Below, one piece after another: positions 11,367 to 22,305 of a DNA stretch of 64,000 bases. A program made the translations under genes and the position numbers. Every line of letters starts with the position of its first letter. The first letter of the stretch is position 1. Below the pieces are notes generated by a model. It was given only the letters and a program-made list of their open reading frames with translations. It did no database searches and had not been told where the DNA came from. The stretch comes from Sulfurimonas sp. (GTDB lineage: Bacteria; Campylobacterota; Campylobacteria; Campylobacterales; Sulfurimonadaceae), in the NCBI GenBank assembly GCA_030949825.1, contig JAUZSC010000031.1, forward strand, positions 76,541 through 140,540, given 5' to 3'.

Positions 11367-12256
11367 TAATGATCTTCTTTTTCATTGAGTTCTGAATCAT
11401 CATATGGATCCATATGCATAAGTATATGTGTCTTTTTGTCTGGAAATAAATTACGTATTTTTTCTTCAACTGCATCGGAAACTATATGTGCGTCATAGAG
11501 TGAAATGCTAACATTGAAAACTGCATGTACTGATACAAAAATATGTGAACCAGATTCTCTTGTTTGTAGATAATGATAATCTTTTATTATTGGCTCTGCA
11601 GCAAGAACATCTTTGATTTTTTGGAGATCTTCATTTTCTAGAGCAGCATCTAGAAGCATTAAAATACCTTCTTTTATAATAGGAATCGCTGAGTAAATCA
11701 TATAAATAGCGATACTAATACCTAGAATTGGATCTATTAATTCTTCTGCTGTATATGAGATAAGTACTAGTGCCATTAAAACTGCACCGTTTGAAAAAAG
11801 GTCTGTTCTATAATGAAGAGCATCTGCTTTAATCACCATATTTTTTGTTTTTTTAGCTACAGAATTTAAAAAAGCAACTAAAAATGCTGTAATAATGAAA
11901 GAAACAATCATTACTCCAATACTTTCATTCATCCGTTCCATCGCTCGAGGATGAGCTATCTTTACAAGTGCTTCATAAAAAATAAAAAGAGCAGAAAAAG
12001 AAATTACTACACCCTCTATGACTGCTGCAAGGGGTTCTATTTTACTACGCCCATAATGAAACTGATCGTCTGGGTCTTTCTCAGCAGTATGAAGTGCAAA
12101 ATAATTAAAGAGTGATACAATTAAATCTAACATAGAATCTATGGCAGATGCCAATACTGCGATAGAACCACTAAGAATTCCAACTGTCATTTTCATTACA
12201 ACAAGTACGGCAGCAACGGAGGTAGAGATGACAGTAGCTTTTTTTTCTAATCTCAA
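11363..12256 (-). CDS. Cation diffusion facilitator (FieF-like) transporter
   Basis: ASAIDS, HYGRSKIE, ADALHYRTD and HMDP motifs; likely TTG start at 12256 after GAGGA. Confidence 0.92.
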   Translation of the reverse strand: MRLEKKATVISTSVAAVLVVMKMTVGILSGSIAVLASAIDSMLDLIVSLFNYFALHTAEKDPDDQFHYGRSKIEPLAAVIEGVVISFSALFIFYEALVKIAHPRAMERMNESIGVMIVSFIITAFLVAFLNSVAKKTKNMVIKADALHYRTDLFSNGAVLMALVLISYTAEELIDPILGISIAIYMIYSAIPIIKEGILMLLDAALENEDLQKIKDVLAAEPIIKDYHYLQTRESGSHIFVSVHAVFNVSISLYDAHIVSDAVEEKIRNLFPDKKTHILMHMDPYDDSELNEKEDHY

Positions 12257-12318
12257 ATTAATGGTCCTCATTTTGTTTTGCTATAATTATATTAAAATTA
12301 ACATACATAAAGCATAAA

Positions 12319-13212
12319 ATGAATTTAAAAGACTTAAGAATTGATAGACAAAAATGGATGACGTGGAAAAATATACATCCTCTTCGTGAAGCATTAGAGA
12401 CTTTAGAAGATGGAACTTGGGATATTAGCTCAAAAGATATTGTAAAAATCTCTGGTGACTTTGATGAAAAAAAAGTAAATGACATAGCCAAACTTTTAAT
12501 GCCTTGGCGAAAAGGTCCTTTTGAAATTGGTCAGACTTTTATAGATTCTGAATGGCAAAGTAATATAAAATACAATCTACTTCGACCTTATTTTGACTTA
12601 AAAGATAAAAAAGTTGCGGATATAGGGTGTAATAATGGATATTATCTTTTTCGTATGCAAGAAGACGCGCCAAAAGCACTTGTTGGTTTTGACCCATCGC
12701 CATTGTATAAAACACAATTTGATTTTATAAATCATTTTGTAAAAAGTGAGATTGCTTATGAGCTTTTAGGTGTTGAGCATCTAGAGTTTTATGAAGAAAA
12801 ATTTGACATGATTTTTTGTTTAGGTGTTCTTTACCATAGAAGCGATCCTGTTGCAATGTTAAAGCAGTTATACAAAGGACTTGACAAGTATGGTGAAGTT
12901 ATTTTAGATACTTTTTATATAGAAGGTGATGGTGAGATGTGCCTTTGTCCTGAGTCTTCGTATTCGAAAATACCAAATATTTATTTTGTTCCAACGATAG
13001 GAGCATTGAAAAACTGGTGTACTCGTGCAGGTTTTAGCTCATTTGAAGTATTAGAGACTTCTGTAACGCAGGCAAATGAGCAAAGAAAAACTTCTTGGAT
13101 AGAGGGTCAGTCTTTAGAAGACTTTTTAGACCCACAAGATAGTACGAAAACTATTGAGGGCTATCCAGCCCCAGCAAGAGTATATGTAAAATTGATAAAG
13201 GATAAAAAATGA
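12319..13212 (+). CDS. cmoB: tRNA 5-methoxyuridine/uridine-5-oxyacetate(34) synthase CmoB
   Basis: [27 protein letters not shown] and TIEGYPAP motifs. Confidence 0.93.
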   Translation: MNLKDLRIDRQKWMTWKNIHPLREALETLEDGTWDISSKDIVKISGDFDEKKVNDIAKLLMPWRKGPFEIGQTFIDSEWQSNIKYNLLRPYFDLKDKKVADIGCNNGYYLFRMQEDAPKALVGFDPSPLYKTQFDFINHFVKSEIAYELLGVEHLEFYEEKFDMIFCLGVLYHRSDPVAMLKQLYKGLDKYGEVILDTFYIEGDGEMCLCPESSYSKIPNIYFVPTIGALKNWCTRAGFSSFEVLETSVTQANEQRKTSWIEGQSLEDFLDPQDSTKTIEGYPAPARVYVKLIKDKK

Positions 13213-13697
13213 GCGAAGAACACATAGAAGAAGACTTAGAAATAGAGGACTACGGAGATGATGAAAATAGTGTTCTTGTTAAAACACATGAAAAAATAGA
13301 TGTTGATTTATGTGGTGAAATTATAAAAGTTGAACGGGGATATGTAGAACTACGCTTAACAACTACTCCAAATATGATAGCTGATTCAGTAGGTTTAATC
13401 CATGGTGGTTTTATTTTCAGTGCTGCAGATTATGCGGCTATGCTTGCTGTAAATGAAAAAAATGTTGTCTTAGTTGCGAGTGATTGTCAGTTCTTATCAC
13501 CAGTGAAGTTCCATGATGAAGTGAACTTTATAGCGAGAGTTCGACATCAAGAAGGACGCAAAAGAAATGTTCATGTTGAAGCTTTTGTTTTAGATATAAA
13601 GGTATTTGAGGGTGAATTTAAAACAGTCATTACAGACAGACATGTTTTAAAGTTAAACCTTCTTGAAGACGAAGAAAATGAAAGTAGTGAGGACTAA
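13209..13697 (+). CDS. PaaI/hotdog-fold thioesterase
   Basis: [13 protein letters not shown] motif. Confidence 0.85.
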   Translation: MSEEHIEEDLEIEDYGDDENSVLVKTHEKIDVDLCGEIIKVERGYVELRLTTTPNMIADSVGLIHGGFIFSAADYAAMLAVNEKNVVLVASDCQFLSPVKFHDEVNFIARVRHQEGRKRNVHVEAFVLDIKVFEGEFKTVITDRHVLKLNLLEDEENESSED

Positions 13698-14294
13698 CTA
13701 TCTTTTAGCACTGAGTAAAAATACGCCATAATCTCTTTGTGGTTTATTTATAGTGTTTATATTTTCATAAACAACATTTTTAAATCCAGTACTTTTTACT
13801 ATCGCACAAAGTATTTTTTCGTCAAACCCAAAGTGAAATACTCCTGTATTATCTTTATGAAAAGTGCCATCTTCTTTTTCTAAATCTGCAATAGCTATAA
13901 AGCCACCCTCATTTAGATTTTCATATATACTCTTAAAAAAATGTTTTAAATCCTCAATATGATGTAGAGTCATAGAACTTATTATGCCATCAAAAGTAGT
14001 ACTTATTGGTGTTTTTGTAATATCTACATTTAAAGTATCTATAGTAAAGTCACTTGTGTTTTTTTCTTGAAGTTTTTTAAGCATAGATGCTGAAGTATCA
14101 ACGCCAAGAACAGATTTTACTTTTTTTAGTATTAGAAAACCTAAAAGCCCTGTTCCTGTTCCAAAGTCCATGATAGACATACTAGCATCTAACTGAATTC
14201 TAGACTCAATAGCATCTGCAATCGTTTTAGCACCATCTAGCATTGGCGAGCCTTTATCCCAAGTAGATGCCTTGTCCTTAAAGTTGTCTTGCAT
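13698..14294 (-). CDS. Class I SAM-dependent methyltransferase
   Basis: MDFGTGTG and SSMTLHH motifs; start overlaps the upstream stop (TAATG). Confidence 0.9.
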   Translation of the reverse strand: MQDNFKDKASTWDKGSPMLDGAKTIADAIESRIQLDASMSIMDFGTGTGLLGFLILKKVKSVLGVDTSASMLKKLQEKNTSDFTIDTLNVDITKTPISTTFDGIISSMTLHHIEDLKHFFKSIYENLNEGGFIAIADLEKEDGTFHKDNTGVFHFGFDEKILCAIVKSTGFKNVVYENINTINKPQRDYGVFLLSAKR

Positions 14295-14887
14295 TAAAGT
14301 GTTCCAATCCAATGGTCTGCATACTGTTGTTCTTGTTTTATAGTTGTAGTTGAACCATGTCCTGGGTATATAGTTTTGTCATAAGTTATTTCTTTAAAAC
14401 GCGAGAGAGAATCTTTCATATCACTAGGGTTAGAATAAGGAAAATCAGTCCTTCCAATAGAACGCTCAAAAATAAAGTCACCACTAAACATAGCATCTCC
14501 TATCTCTATAGTAGAACAGCCTGGACAATGCCCTGGAAAATGACGAAATTTGATTTTTACACCATCAAAATCAAACTCTTCATCAGGTTCAACGATAACA
14601 TCAGGATACGAAGGTGGTAAGTCTGGCATCCAATCACTTGAAGTTAAAAGCATTACATCGCCCTTTGGTGTATACAGTGGTATGTTGTACTTTTCTTGCA
14701 CCTCAGTGTTTGACCAAACATGATCAAAATGCCCATGTGTATTTAAAATAGCAACAGGGTTTATAACATTTCTAGCAATCCAAGCAGCAGCACCAACTCC
14801 AGGATCTATAATAAAGTCTTTTCCATCTACTGTAATGATATAGCAGTTGGTTTGGTATACGCCCATAGGTTTTACTTTTATACTCAT
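14294..14887 (-). CDS. MBL-fold metallo-hydrolase (glyoxalase II-like)
   Basis: THGHFDH, PGH, SGD and PGHG motifs. Confidence 0.93.
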   Translation of the reverse strand: MSIKVKPMGVYQTNCYIITVDGKDFIIDPGVGAAAWIARNVINPVAILNTHGHFDHVWSNTEVQEKYNIPLYTPKGDVMLLTSSDWMPDLPPSYPDVIVEPDEEFDFDGVKIKFRHFPGHCPGCSTIEIGDAMFSGDFIFERSIGRTDFPYSNPSDMKDSLSRFKEITYDKTIYPGHGSTTTIKQEQQYADHWIGTL

Positions 14888-14927
14888 CTTTATCTCTTTT
14901 TTAGCGCTATTATAGCATTATGTTACT

Positions 14928-15743
14928 ATGAATTTTTATAAAGAACTTGAGTTAATCTTAGAAGAAAAATCACCGCAAAAGAAAATAGAAAGTTTTCACA
15001 CATTTTATGAACTTTATAAGGCAGGAGAAGTTAGCTTTAAAGATGCATATACTGCTAAAGAATTTACTAAACCCTCGTATGAAGATTTATGTAGAGTAGT
15101 CCCACCTCAAGATGTTCCTAAAAGAAAAAATCTAACTACAAAAGAGGGTCAGATTATACTTGTTCATGCTGTTGCGCATATAGAGTATTCTGCCATAGAC
15201 TTGGCACTTGATGGTGCGTATAGATACAAAGGACTTCCTAAAAAATACTATGATGACTGGTTAAAAGTTGCAGATGATGAAATACGGCATTTTTTAATGT
15301 TAGATGCACTCTTGCATGAGATAGATGCTAAGTATGGAGATATTGCAGTGCATAACGCTTTGTTTGAAGCCTCACAAAGAGCACAGAAGTTTATAGATAG
15401 AATGGCAGTTGTTCCGCGTTATTTAGAAGCTAATGGCTTAGATGCTACACCTATGATTTTAACAAAGTTAAAAAAACTTCCAAAAAATGAGATGATAGAA
15501 AAAATCATAAAAACATTAGAAATAATTTTGAGAGAAGAAGTAGATCATGTAAAAAAAGGTGATGTTTGGTTTAATTATGCTTGTGAGAAAGAGGGTGTGT
15601 CAAAAGAAATCTATTTTCAAATTATTGAAAAATATTATCCTCAAGGGTTCTTACGCGCAAAAAATCTAAATATACAGGGAAGAAAAGATGCTGGTTTTTC
15701 TTGTAGTGAACTCAACTTTATGGCTAAAAAGGATGTTTGTTAA
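14928..15743 (+). CDS. Ferritin-like DUF455 family protein
   Basis: HAVAHIEYSAIDLA, DEIRHF, EANGLD and EEVDHV motifs. Confidence 0.88.
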   Translation: MNFYKELELILEEKSPQKKIESFHTFYELYKAGEVSFKDAYTAKEFTKPSYEDLCRVVPPQDVPKRKNLTTKEGQIILVHAVAHIEYSAIDLALDGAYRYKGLPKKYYDDWLKVADDEIRHFLMLDALLHEIDAKYGDIAVHNALFEASQRAQKFIDRMAVVPRYLEANGLDATPMILTKLKKLPKNEMIEKIIKTLEIILREEVDHVKKGDVWFNYACEKEGVSKEIYFQIIEKYYPQGFLRAKNLNIQGRKDAGFSCSELNFMAKKDVC

Positions 15744-16717
15744 GAAACAATAACTTTCTTGATTTCATCAAGACTAAGTCCAGTTAATTCCGAAATAGTC
15801 TCAATATCAAGTCCTTTAGCTAAAGATTTTTTAGCTATCCCTAGTTTTTCTTTATGCTTACCTTGCTCAATCCCCTGTTCGATTCCTTGTTCGATTCCTT
15901 GTTCGATTCCTTGTTCGATTCCCTGTTCGATTCCCTGTTCGATTCCCTGTTCGATTCCCTGTTCGATTCCCTGTTCGATTCCCTGTTCGATTCCTATAGC
16001 TACGCCTTTTCGTTCTGCTGTTCTTAGTGCATTTATTTCATCAAACTCTTTGAGACTTATATAGTCGTAGACTTCTAGTTCTTTGGCGTTCCATTGGGTT
16101 TGTGTGGCTATTGAAAATGCTTCATCAAATGCTTGAATATTGTTGTATTGGGAGGGGACCATACTTAGGTCTTGGGCATTTTTTAGAAAGTATATCCATT
16201 TGTCAAGTACACTCTCTAGTTGGCTTAAGTCTTTTGTAAACTTAGGAAGTTCTATAAATGTAAATTCAAAATCATCCAAATCTTGGGTAGCTGTTTCTTG
16301 ATTTATAATAAGATGTCTTGAAATATAGCTTTTGTTCTTAAAAATATTGAAATTCACTATACCTATGAAATATACTTTTTTGAGTCTTGTATAATCCTTT
16401 CCTTTTTCTAAGGTAGAAATATACGCTTTAGAAGTATAGTACAGACTCCTTTTAGTAAAGTTACCTAAGTCTTTTTTTTGCATCTCGACTATAAAATCTT
16501 CACCATTTTGGTTTGTTGCTTTTATATCTAAAATAGTTTCTTTAAGCTCCGGAATTTTTGGTACTTGATAAGGGTTTAAAAGAGTAATGTCTACTATCGT
16601 TTTTTCATGAGTAAAATTTAGAATGGCATTTAAAAATGATATAAGTATATTTTTATGCTTATCATCGCCAAATATTTTTTTAAAAGCTAAGTCATTTTTA
16701 GGGTCTGCAAATTGCAT
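15740..16717 (-). CDS. Rpn family PD-(D/E)XK nuclease / putative transposase
   Basis: DPKNDLAFKKIFG, LDIKA..IVEMQ, FIELPKF, WIYFL, GIEQ repeats, ISELTGLS tail. Confidence 0.92.
   Translation of the reverse strand: MQFADPKNDLAFKKIFGDDKHKNILISFLNAILNFTHEKTIVDITLLNPYQVPKIPELKETILDIKATNQNGEDFIVEMQKKDLGNFTKRSLYYTSKAYISTLEKGKDYTRLKKVYFIGIVNFNIFKNKSYISRHLIINQETATQDLDDFEFTFIELPKFTKDLSQLESVLDKWIYFLKNAQDLSMVPSQYNNIQAFDEAFSIATQTQWNAKELEVYDYISLKEFDEINALRTAERKGVAIGIEQGIEQGIEQGIEQGIEQGIEQGIEQGIEQGIEQGIEQGIEQGKHKEKLGIAKKSLAKGLDIETISELTGLSLDEIKKVIVS
15863..15994 (-). repeat. In-frame 12-bp tandem repeat x11 encoding (GIEQ)11
   Basis: Units of (C/T)TGTTCGATTCC on the + strand, 132 bp in total. Confidence 0.95.
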
Positions 16718-16779
16718 GGTAGTCCTTTGTTATAAGTCAATAATTATTATCTAAATTATAACATAAGTAGCTTTGAAGT

Positions 16780-17553
16780 CTAACTAGCCATTTTACTTTT
16801 GTTCAAGACTATCTCATAGGCATGACGAATACTTTGAAATACTTTCGTATGTTCAGACAATGTTCTCTCATCTTTTACTAGAGCCATGTCCGGATGGTGA
16901 CATTTTGCTAAGTATTTATAGCGTTTCTTAATTGTTCTCATACTATCGTCTTGAGAAATTCCTAATACTATATAAGGATTATATTCTGCACTTTTAGATT
17001 TTCTTGATGGAGAAAAAAAAGCTTTAAATACTTTCGTACTAAAAATATGCTGATGGGGAATATCTATTGTATCAGTCGAGTACATAAACGCTTTAAGTGA
17101 GTTTTTTTGACTTTCATCTTCTAAGTTAAGTTCTATAGTATAAGCTAAGAGCGTCATTTTAATATTTAATTCTCTTTTAATCAAATATGCGATTTTATGA
17201 TTGTTTGGTTTTATTTCTATTTTAATAGTCTTTGCATCTTGGAGTGTATAAATAAGCTTATGGATTATTTGCTGGGGTAACATAATCTTGATAGCTTTTG
17301 CATGTCTGTATACAAGTCTTTCTTTAAGTGCAGGTAGATAGTTTTGTGTTTTTTTAGCATAAAGAGTATACAACCACTTAAGCAAAAATTTTCTATGGTA
17401 AACATCTTGAGTAGATGCAGGAATAGTAATGGTATTTTTATAAATTCTTCTTTTTAAAAAATGCGTACTTATAAAGTCTTGTATGTAATCTATACTCATA
17501 GACTTTGAATTAATTTTTATTATTGTCTCTTGCGAACCGAGTAAAATTTGCAT
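16780..17553 (-). CDS. C-terminal DnaJ-domain protein
   Basis: NPYIVLG..IKKRYKYLAKCHHPD...FQSIRHAYE; ATG17553 follows a GGAG RBS. Confidence 0.85.
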   Translation of the reverse strand: MQILLGSQETIIKINSKSMSIDYIQDFISTHFLKRRIYKNTITIPASTQDVYHRKFLLKWLYTLYAKKTQNYLPALKERLVYRHAKAIKIMLPQQIIHKLIYTLQDAKTIKIEIKPNNHKIAYLIKRELNIKMTLLAYTIELNLEDESQKNSLKAFMYSTDTIDIPHQHIFSTKVFKAFFSPSRKSKSAEYNPYIVLGISQDDSMRTIKKRYKYLAKCHHPDMALVKDERTLSEHTKVFQSIRHAYEIVLNKSKMAS

Positions 17554-17577
17554 ACATAATCTCCTGTAAAATATAAA

Positions 17578-17595
17578 AAGCAATATCTATTCCTT
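17578..17595 (-). promoter_or_regulatory. Putative sigma-54 (-24/-12) promoter for the DnaJ-domain gene
   Basis: Minus strand AAGGAATAGATATTGCTT has exact GG-N10-GC spacing in a GGAA...TTGCTT context, ~25 nt upstream of the start codon. Confidence 0.6.
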
Positions 17596-17765
17596 AGGAT
17601 TAGATGTCTCTTAAATGTCCTGTACAAGGGCTTTGTGTTACTTTATTACCCCCTAAGTATTGTTTTTCATAGAAATATAAAATATTTAATATTTAAGTTT
17701 TGTATTAATAAACTTAGACTAGTATTGGGGTAAGTGATAACTTAATAAGCAAAAAGGATTGATAT

Positions 17766-18128
17766 ATGGGAAAAATTTTAATAGTAGATGATTCAAGTTT
17801 GATCCGTTCAGTTGCTTCATCTGCTGCGCTTGAAGCAGGACATGAAGCAATAGTAGCTGAAGACGGTCAGAAGGGCTTAGAAGCTTTAAATGCACAAAAG
17901 ATAGACCTCATCTTTAGTGATGTTAATATGCCTGTAATGGGTGGTTTAGAAATGGTTGAAAAAATTAAACAAAATGATGCTTACAAATATATTCCTATCA
18001 TTATGCTCACAACAGAATCCAACGAAGCCTTAAAAGCCAAAGGTCAGGAGCTGGGTGTAAAAGCTTGGATGCTTAAGCCATTTAACAAAAAGAAGTTTTT
18101 TATGGCTGTTAAAAAGCTCATGGCATAA
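17766..18128 (+). CDS. cheY: Chemotaxis response regulator CheY
   Basis: Stand-alone receiver: IVDDS, SDVNMP, MLTTE, KPF; first gene of the che operon. Confidence 0.88.
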   Translation: MGKILIVDDSSLIRSVASSAALEAGHEAIVAEDGQKGLEALNAQKIDLIFSDVNMPVMGGLEMVEKIKQNDAYKYIPIIMLTTESNEALKAKGQELGVKAWMLKPFNKKKFFMAVKKLMA

Positions 18129-18139
18129 AGGCTTCTCTT

Positions 18140-18406
18140 ATGTTAATAGAACAAGAAGAATTAACTATCTATGAAGTAGAGGCACTTCATAAAAGTATAC
18201 AAGCCTTATATGAGAATGGAAATGTCATGGTAGATATGTCGCAGGTGAGAAAAATAGATATGAGTGTTATTCAGCTTTTTATATCTGCGCAAATGACTTG
18301 TGTGAGAAATAAAAAATTATTTCAACTGCAAAATATCAATGAGGAATTATCAAAGATTCTTCGTTTATGTGCCTGTGAATTTTTACTAGGAGATGCTAAT
18401 GGATGA
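18140..18406 (+). CDS. STAS-domain protein
   Basis: ELTIYEV...DMSQVRKIDMSVIQLF, typical of chemotaxis-associated STAS proteins. Confidence 0.8.
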   Translation: MLIEQEELTIYEVEALHKSIQALYENGNVMVDMSQVRKIDMSVIQLFISAQMTCVRNKKLFQLQNINEELSKILRLCACEFLLGDANG

Positions 18407-20457
18407 AGAATTAGAACTTTTTCGTGAAGATGTCGATGAACAACTCGGTTTTATGGAAAATGCTCTTATTTCTATGCAAGAGAGTAGTGAAAACGAGGAT
18501 GACTTAGGAGCACTTTTTCGCGCTATGCACACCATAAAAGGTACAGCAGGTATGTTTAACTTTACTGATGTGGTGAGTTTTGCGCATGTAGCAGAAAGTT
18601 TACTGAGTGAAGTAAGAGATGGAAAGCTTGCACTTTCAGAAAATATGATAGATATTTTCTTTAAATCACAAGACCATATGCAAGTCCTTGTTACTTTAGC
18701 ACTTGCAAGTAAAGGCTTAGACACATCTACACAGGCAACAAATGATGAACTCCTAGCTACTTTAAAGTCGATGATGCCAGATGCTAAAATAGTAGATGCT
18801 GGAGCAAAAGCAGAAGAAATAGCAGATGAAAATTCTTCTGAAAATACTTTATGGCATATATCTTTTAGATTAAAAGCACACTTTTTCTCAACTGGGATGG
18901 ATGTTATCAACATACTAAGTTTCTTTGATTTACTAGGAAGTATAGAAAATAAACTTTTTATAGAACATAATATCCCTCAAATTGATTCTCTCAACCCTAC
19001 TGAAGCATATTTAGGCTACGAGATTCTTTTTCTAACAGATGCTACATATGCCGAAATAGAAGAGATTTTTGAATTTATTCTTGATGACATTAGTCTTGAA
19101 ATTTTCAAAGCAGATGACGATGTTATGCTTGAGGCTCTTTTAAACACGCAAGAAGGTTTAAAACAAAAGCTTCTCAATGCAAAGTTTTCTAATCTTATAA
19201 ACTCTAGGAGTGAAGTAAAAGAGGAAACTCTAAAAGCAGATACTTTGAGTGAAGTAGTAGAAGAAAATGAAGCTAAAGAAGTGAAAGAAGTGAAAAAAAA
19301 GCTTTTCACTTCGAGTAGACTCAAGTAAAATTGATTTACTTATAAACCAAATATCTGAAATGGTTATTGCAAATGCAAAGGTTACACAAAGAGCAGAAGT
19401 TCTCGATGACAATGAACTCGGTGAATCTGCAACAATCCTTAGCGATATGCTCGAAGAGATTAGAACAGGGATTATGAACATTCGTATGGTTCAAGTTGGA
19501 GATAGTTTTAACAAGTTTAAAAGAATCGTCAATGATGTTGCAAAAAAAGTAGATAAAAAAATTGACTTTCAAATTGTAGGGGGTGAGACAGAACTTGACA
19601 AAATGGTAGTTGAGAAGATCTCAGACCCACTTATGCATATGTTGAGGAACTCTATAGATCACGGTATAGAAACACCGCAAGAAAGGCTTGGAGTTAAAAA
19701 AAATGAGCGAGGACATGTTGAACTTAAAACTTATCCTGATTCTGGAACTATAGTTATAGAAATAAGTGATGATGGAAGAGGCCTTCCCCGAGACAAAATT
19801 TTAAGTAAAGCAATAGCAAATGGACTAGTAAGTGCAGAGAACAACTTAAGTGATAAAGAGATTTACAATCTTATCTTTGCAGCGGGTTTATCAACAGCAG
19901 AGAAGGTTTCAGATATTTCAGGTCGTGGCGTTGGTATGGATGTTGTTAAGCGTAATATCGAAAGCCTAAGAGGTACGGTTGAGATAGATTCTAAACCGGG
20001 AGAAGGAAGTCTTTTTACGATTCGTCTTCCACTTACGCTTGCCATCATAGATGGCTTTTTAATCCAATGTGGAAACACTAAGTATATCATCCCCTTGGAG
20101 ATGATTCAAGAGTGTATAGAATTAGATGCGCGTTATAAAAAAGAGATGGATGGGAATGAGTTTATAAACCTAAGAGATTCTATGTTACCGCTTTTAGATT
20201 TAAGAAAGCTTTATAATGAAGCACCAAGAAAAAGTGAGCGCGAAAATATTGTAGTAGTTCGCTATGGAGATTATAAAATCGGAATGATGGTAGATGAGCT
20301 TTTTGGAGAATTTCAAACGGTTATAAAACCTTTAGGTTCAGTGTTTAGTAATGTAGCTGGAGTGAGTGGTGGAACTATTTTAGGGAGTGGTGAAATCGCT
20401 CTTATCTTTGATATTCCAAAACTAATGGAACAAAAAATAAAAGAAATAAAAAAATAA
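18399..20457 (+). CDS. cheA: Chemotaxis histidine kinase CheA (frameshift in the A-run near 19295)
   Basis: Hpt FRAMHTIKG; [32 protein letters not shown]; C-terminal CheW-like domain; no fused receiver. Confidence 0.95.
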
Positions 20458-20470
20458 AAGGAAGTACACA

Positions 20471-21787
20471 ATGGCAAAAGATATAGAAAAAGCATGTAAA
20501 AAACTAAAAAAAGAGAATAAGCAGTTAAAAAGTGACTATGAAAAATTGATTGCTGAAATAGCTTTGTTACGAACAAGTATTGTCGGTCTTAGTGATGGAG
20601 ACTTTAATGTAAGTATTCCTCAAGTTGATGGTGAACTCAGTGAAGTTAGTAAATCTGTACAAGTTTTACAAGCAACACTCTCTAGCCTTGTTAAAGATTC
20701 CGACATGATGAACAAAGAAGGGGCAGCTGGTAACCTAGATGCTCAAATCGACGAGAAACAATACAAAGGTAACTTCGGAGATATCGTAAATGGTATGAAT
20801 GGATTTGCAACTGTAATGAGAGATACATTCTTAGATGTAAATGATAAACTCGACAAAGTAAGCCAAGGTGACCTCAGTGTTAAAATTACTAAGGATTATA
20901 ATGGTGCTTTTAATGTAACAAAAACAGCCTTGAATAACCTTACTCAAAAGTTAGAAAACATTGTTGGAAATGTAAACAGTGGAATCATTGAAATTAGCTC
21001 TGCTTCGACGCAGCTTTCTTCAACTGCAGAAACACTTTCTCAGGGTGCAACAGAACAAGCAAGTTCACTAGAAGAAACAAGTGCTGCACTCGAAGAGATG
21101 AGCGGTAGTGTAGCAGAGAGTGCTAAAAATGCACAAACTACAAATGTTTTAGCAGAAGAAGCTTCTGGGATGTCAGCAGATGGTGGCAAAGCGGTAGATA
21201 AAACAGTAGAAGCTATGCGGACTATCTCAGAAAAAATTTCTATCATTGAAGATATTGTGTACCAAACAAATCTTCTCGCACTTAATGCTGCCATAGAAGC
21301 AGCACGAGCAGGGGAGCATGGTAAAGGTTTTGCGGTAGTTGCAGCAGAGGTGAGAAAGCTTGCAAAAAGAAGCCAAATAGCAGCACAAGAAATTAGTACT
21401 ATAACAACAGAGAGTGTTAAGGTGAGTGAAAAAGCAGGTGAACTTATCACCAATGTGGTACCAAAAATCCAAGATACAGCAAAACTTGTAGAAGATATTG
21501 CAAATGCTGCAAAAGAGCAAGATATTGGTCTGGGGCAAATAAACACTGCGATGACACAGCTCGATCAGGTGACTCAAACTAATGCCGCTTCATCACAAGA
21601 AGTGGCAAGTGCAAGTGAGCAACTTAACGGTCAAGCAAATCAATTAAGCCAACTTATGAGCTTTTTTAAGACAGCACAAAACGATTCCTTTGCACCAGCA
21701 CAAGTTGCAGCTCCAGTTCAACAACAACAAGTGCCAGTTCCCCAAGCGAGTGGAGGTTTAGACCTTCGAGATTTCGATAGATACTAA
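20471..21787 (+). CDS. Soluble methyl-accepting chemotaxis protein (HAMP repeats, no TM or sensor domain)
   Basis: [34 protein letters not shown] hairpin; HAMP-like [17 protein letters not shown] and [10 protein letters not shown]; C-terminal DFDRY. Confidence 0.95.
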   Translation: MAKDIEKACKKLKKENKQLKSDYEKLIAEIALLRTSIVGLSDGDFNVSIPQVDGELSEVSKSVQVLQATLSSLVKDSDMMNKEGAAGNLDAQIDEKQYKGNFGDIVNGMNGFATVMRDTFLDVNDKLDKVSQGDLSVKITKDYNGAFNVTKTALNNLTQKLENIVGNVNSGIIEISSASTQLSSTAETLSQGATEQASSLEETSAALEEMSGSVAESAKNAQTTNVLAEEASGMSADGGKAVDKTVEAMRTISEKISIIEDIVYQTNLLALNAAIEAARAGEHGKGFAVVAAEVRKLAKRSQIAAQEISTITTESVKVSEKAGELITNVVPKIQDTAKLVEDIANAAKEQDIGLGQINTAMTQLDQVTQTNAASSQEVASASEQLNGQANQLSQLMSFFKTAQNDSFAPAQVAAPVQQQQVPVPQASGGLDLRDFDRY

Positions 21788-21798
21788 GTGAGTTGACA

Positions 21799-22294
21799 AT
21801 GAGTCAAAATAGAGATGGTTTTGAAGAAGAAACGAATGTAAATGGACAGTATTTGCTTTTTTTAGTAGGAGGTGTTCTTTATGGTATAGAAGCCCTTCGA
21901 GCAAAAGAGATTGTAGAATACTCTGGAATTACTAAAGTGCCTATGGTGAAACCTTTCGTCAAGGGTGTAACAAATATTCGTGGAAATATAGTTCCTGTTA
22001 TTGATTTGCTTGGACGATTTGGTTTAGGTCAAACAGCTATAGGTGATAAAACATCGATAGTTGTTGTTCGTTTAGATGCTTCAGATGAAAATATAGAGAT
22101 AGGCATACTTATTGATGAAGTCTATGAGGTTGATAATATACAAAGTTCTCATCTTAAAAAAAGCCCCTGAGTTTGGTTCAAAGATTGATCCTAAATATAT
22201 CCTGTGTATGGGTAAATATGATAATAAGTACATTGCTATTTTAAATACGGACACTATTTTAAATAGAGATGAACTTTCACAACTAGCAGTATAA
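21799..22294 (+). CDS. cheW: CheW (frameshift near 22160)
   Basis: YLLF..YGI, ITKVP..VKGVTNIRGNIVPVIDL and GILIDEV; continues in ORF 22112..22294. Confidence 0.9.
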
Positions 22295-22305
22295 AGTGAA
22301 GACAG

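Noticed and set aside
15863-15994. Possible CRISPR-like array
   Set aside because: Head-to-tail 12-bp units with no spacers, in frame within a CDS, and no cas genes.
15759-16064. Plus-strand ORF with (CSIP)n Cys-rich repeats
   Set aside because: It is the antisense reading of the GIEQ repeat in the Rpn gene and has no independent coding signals.
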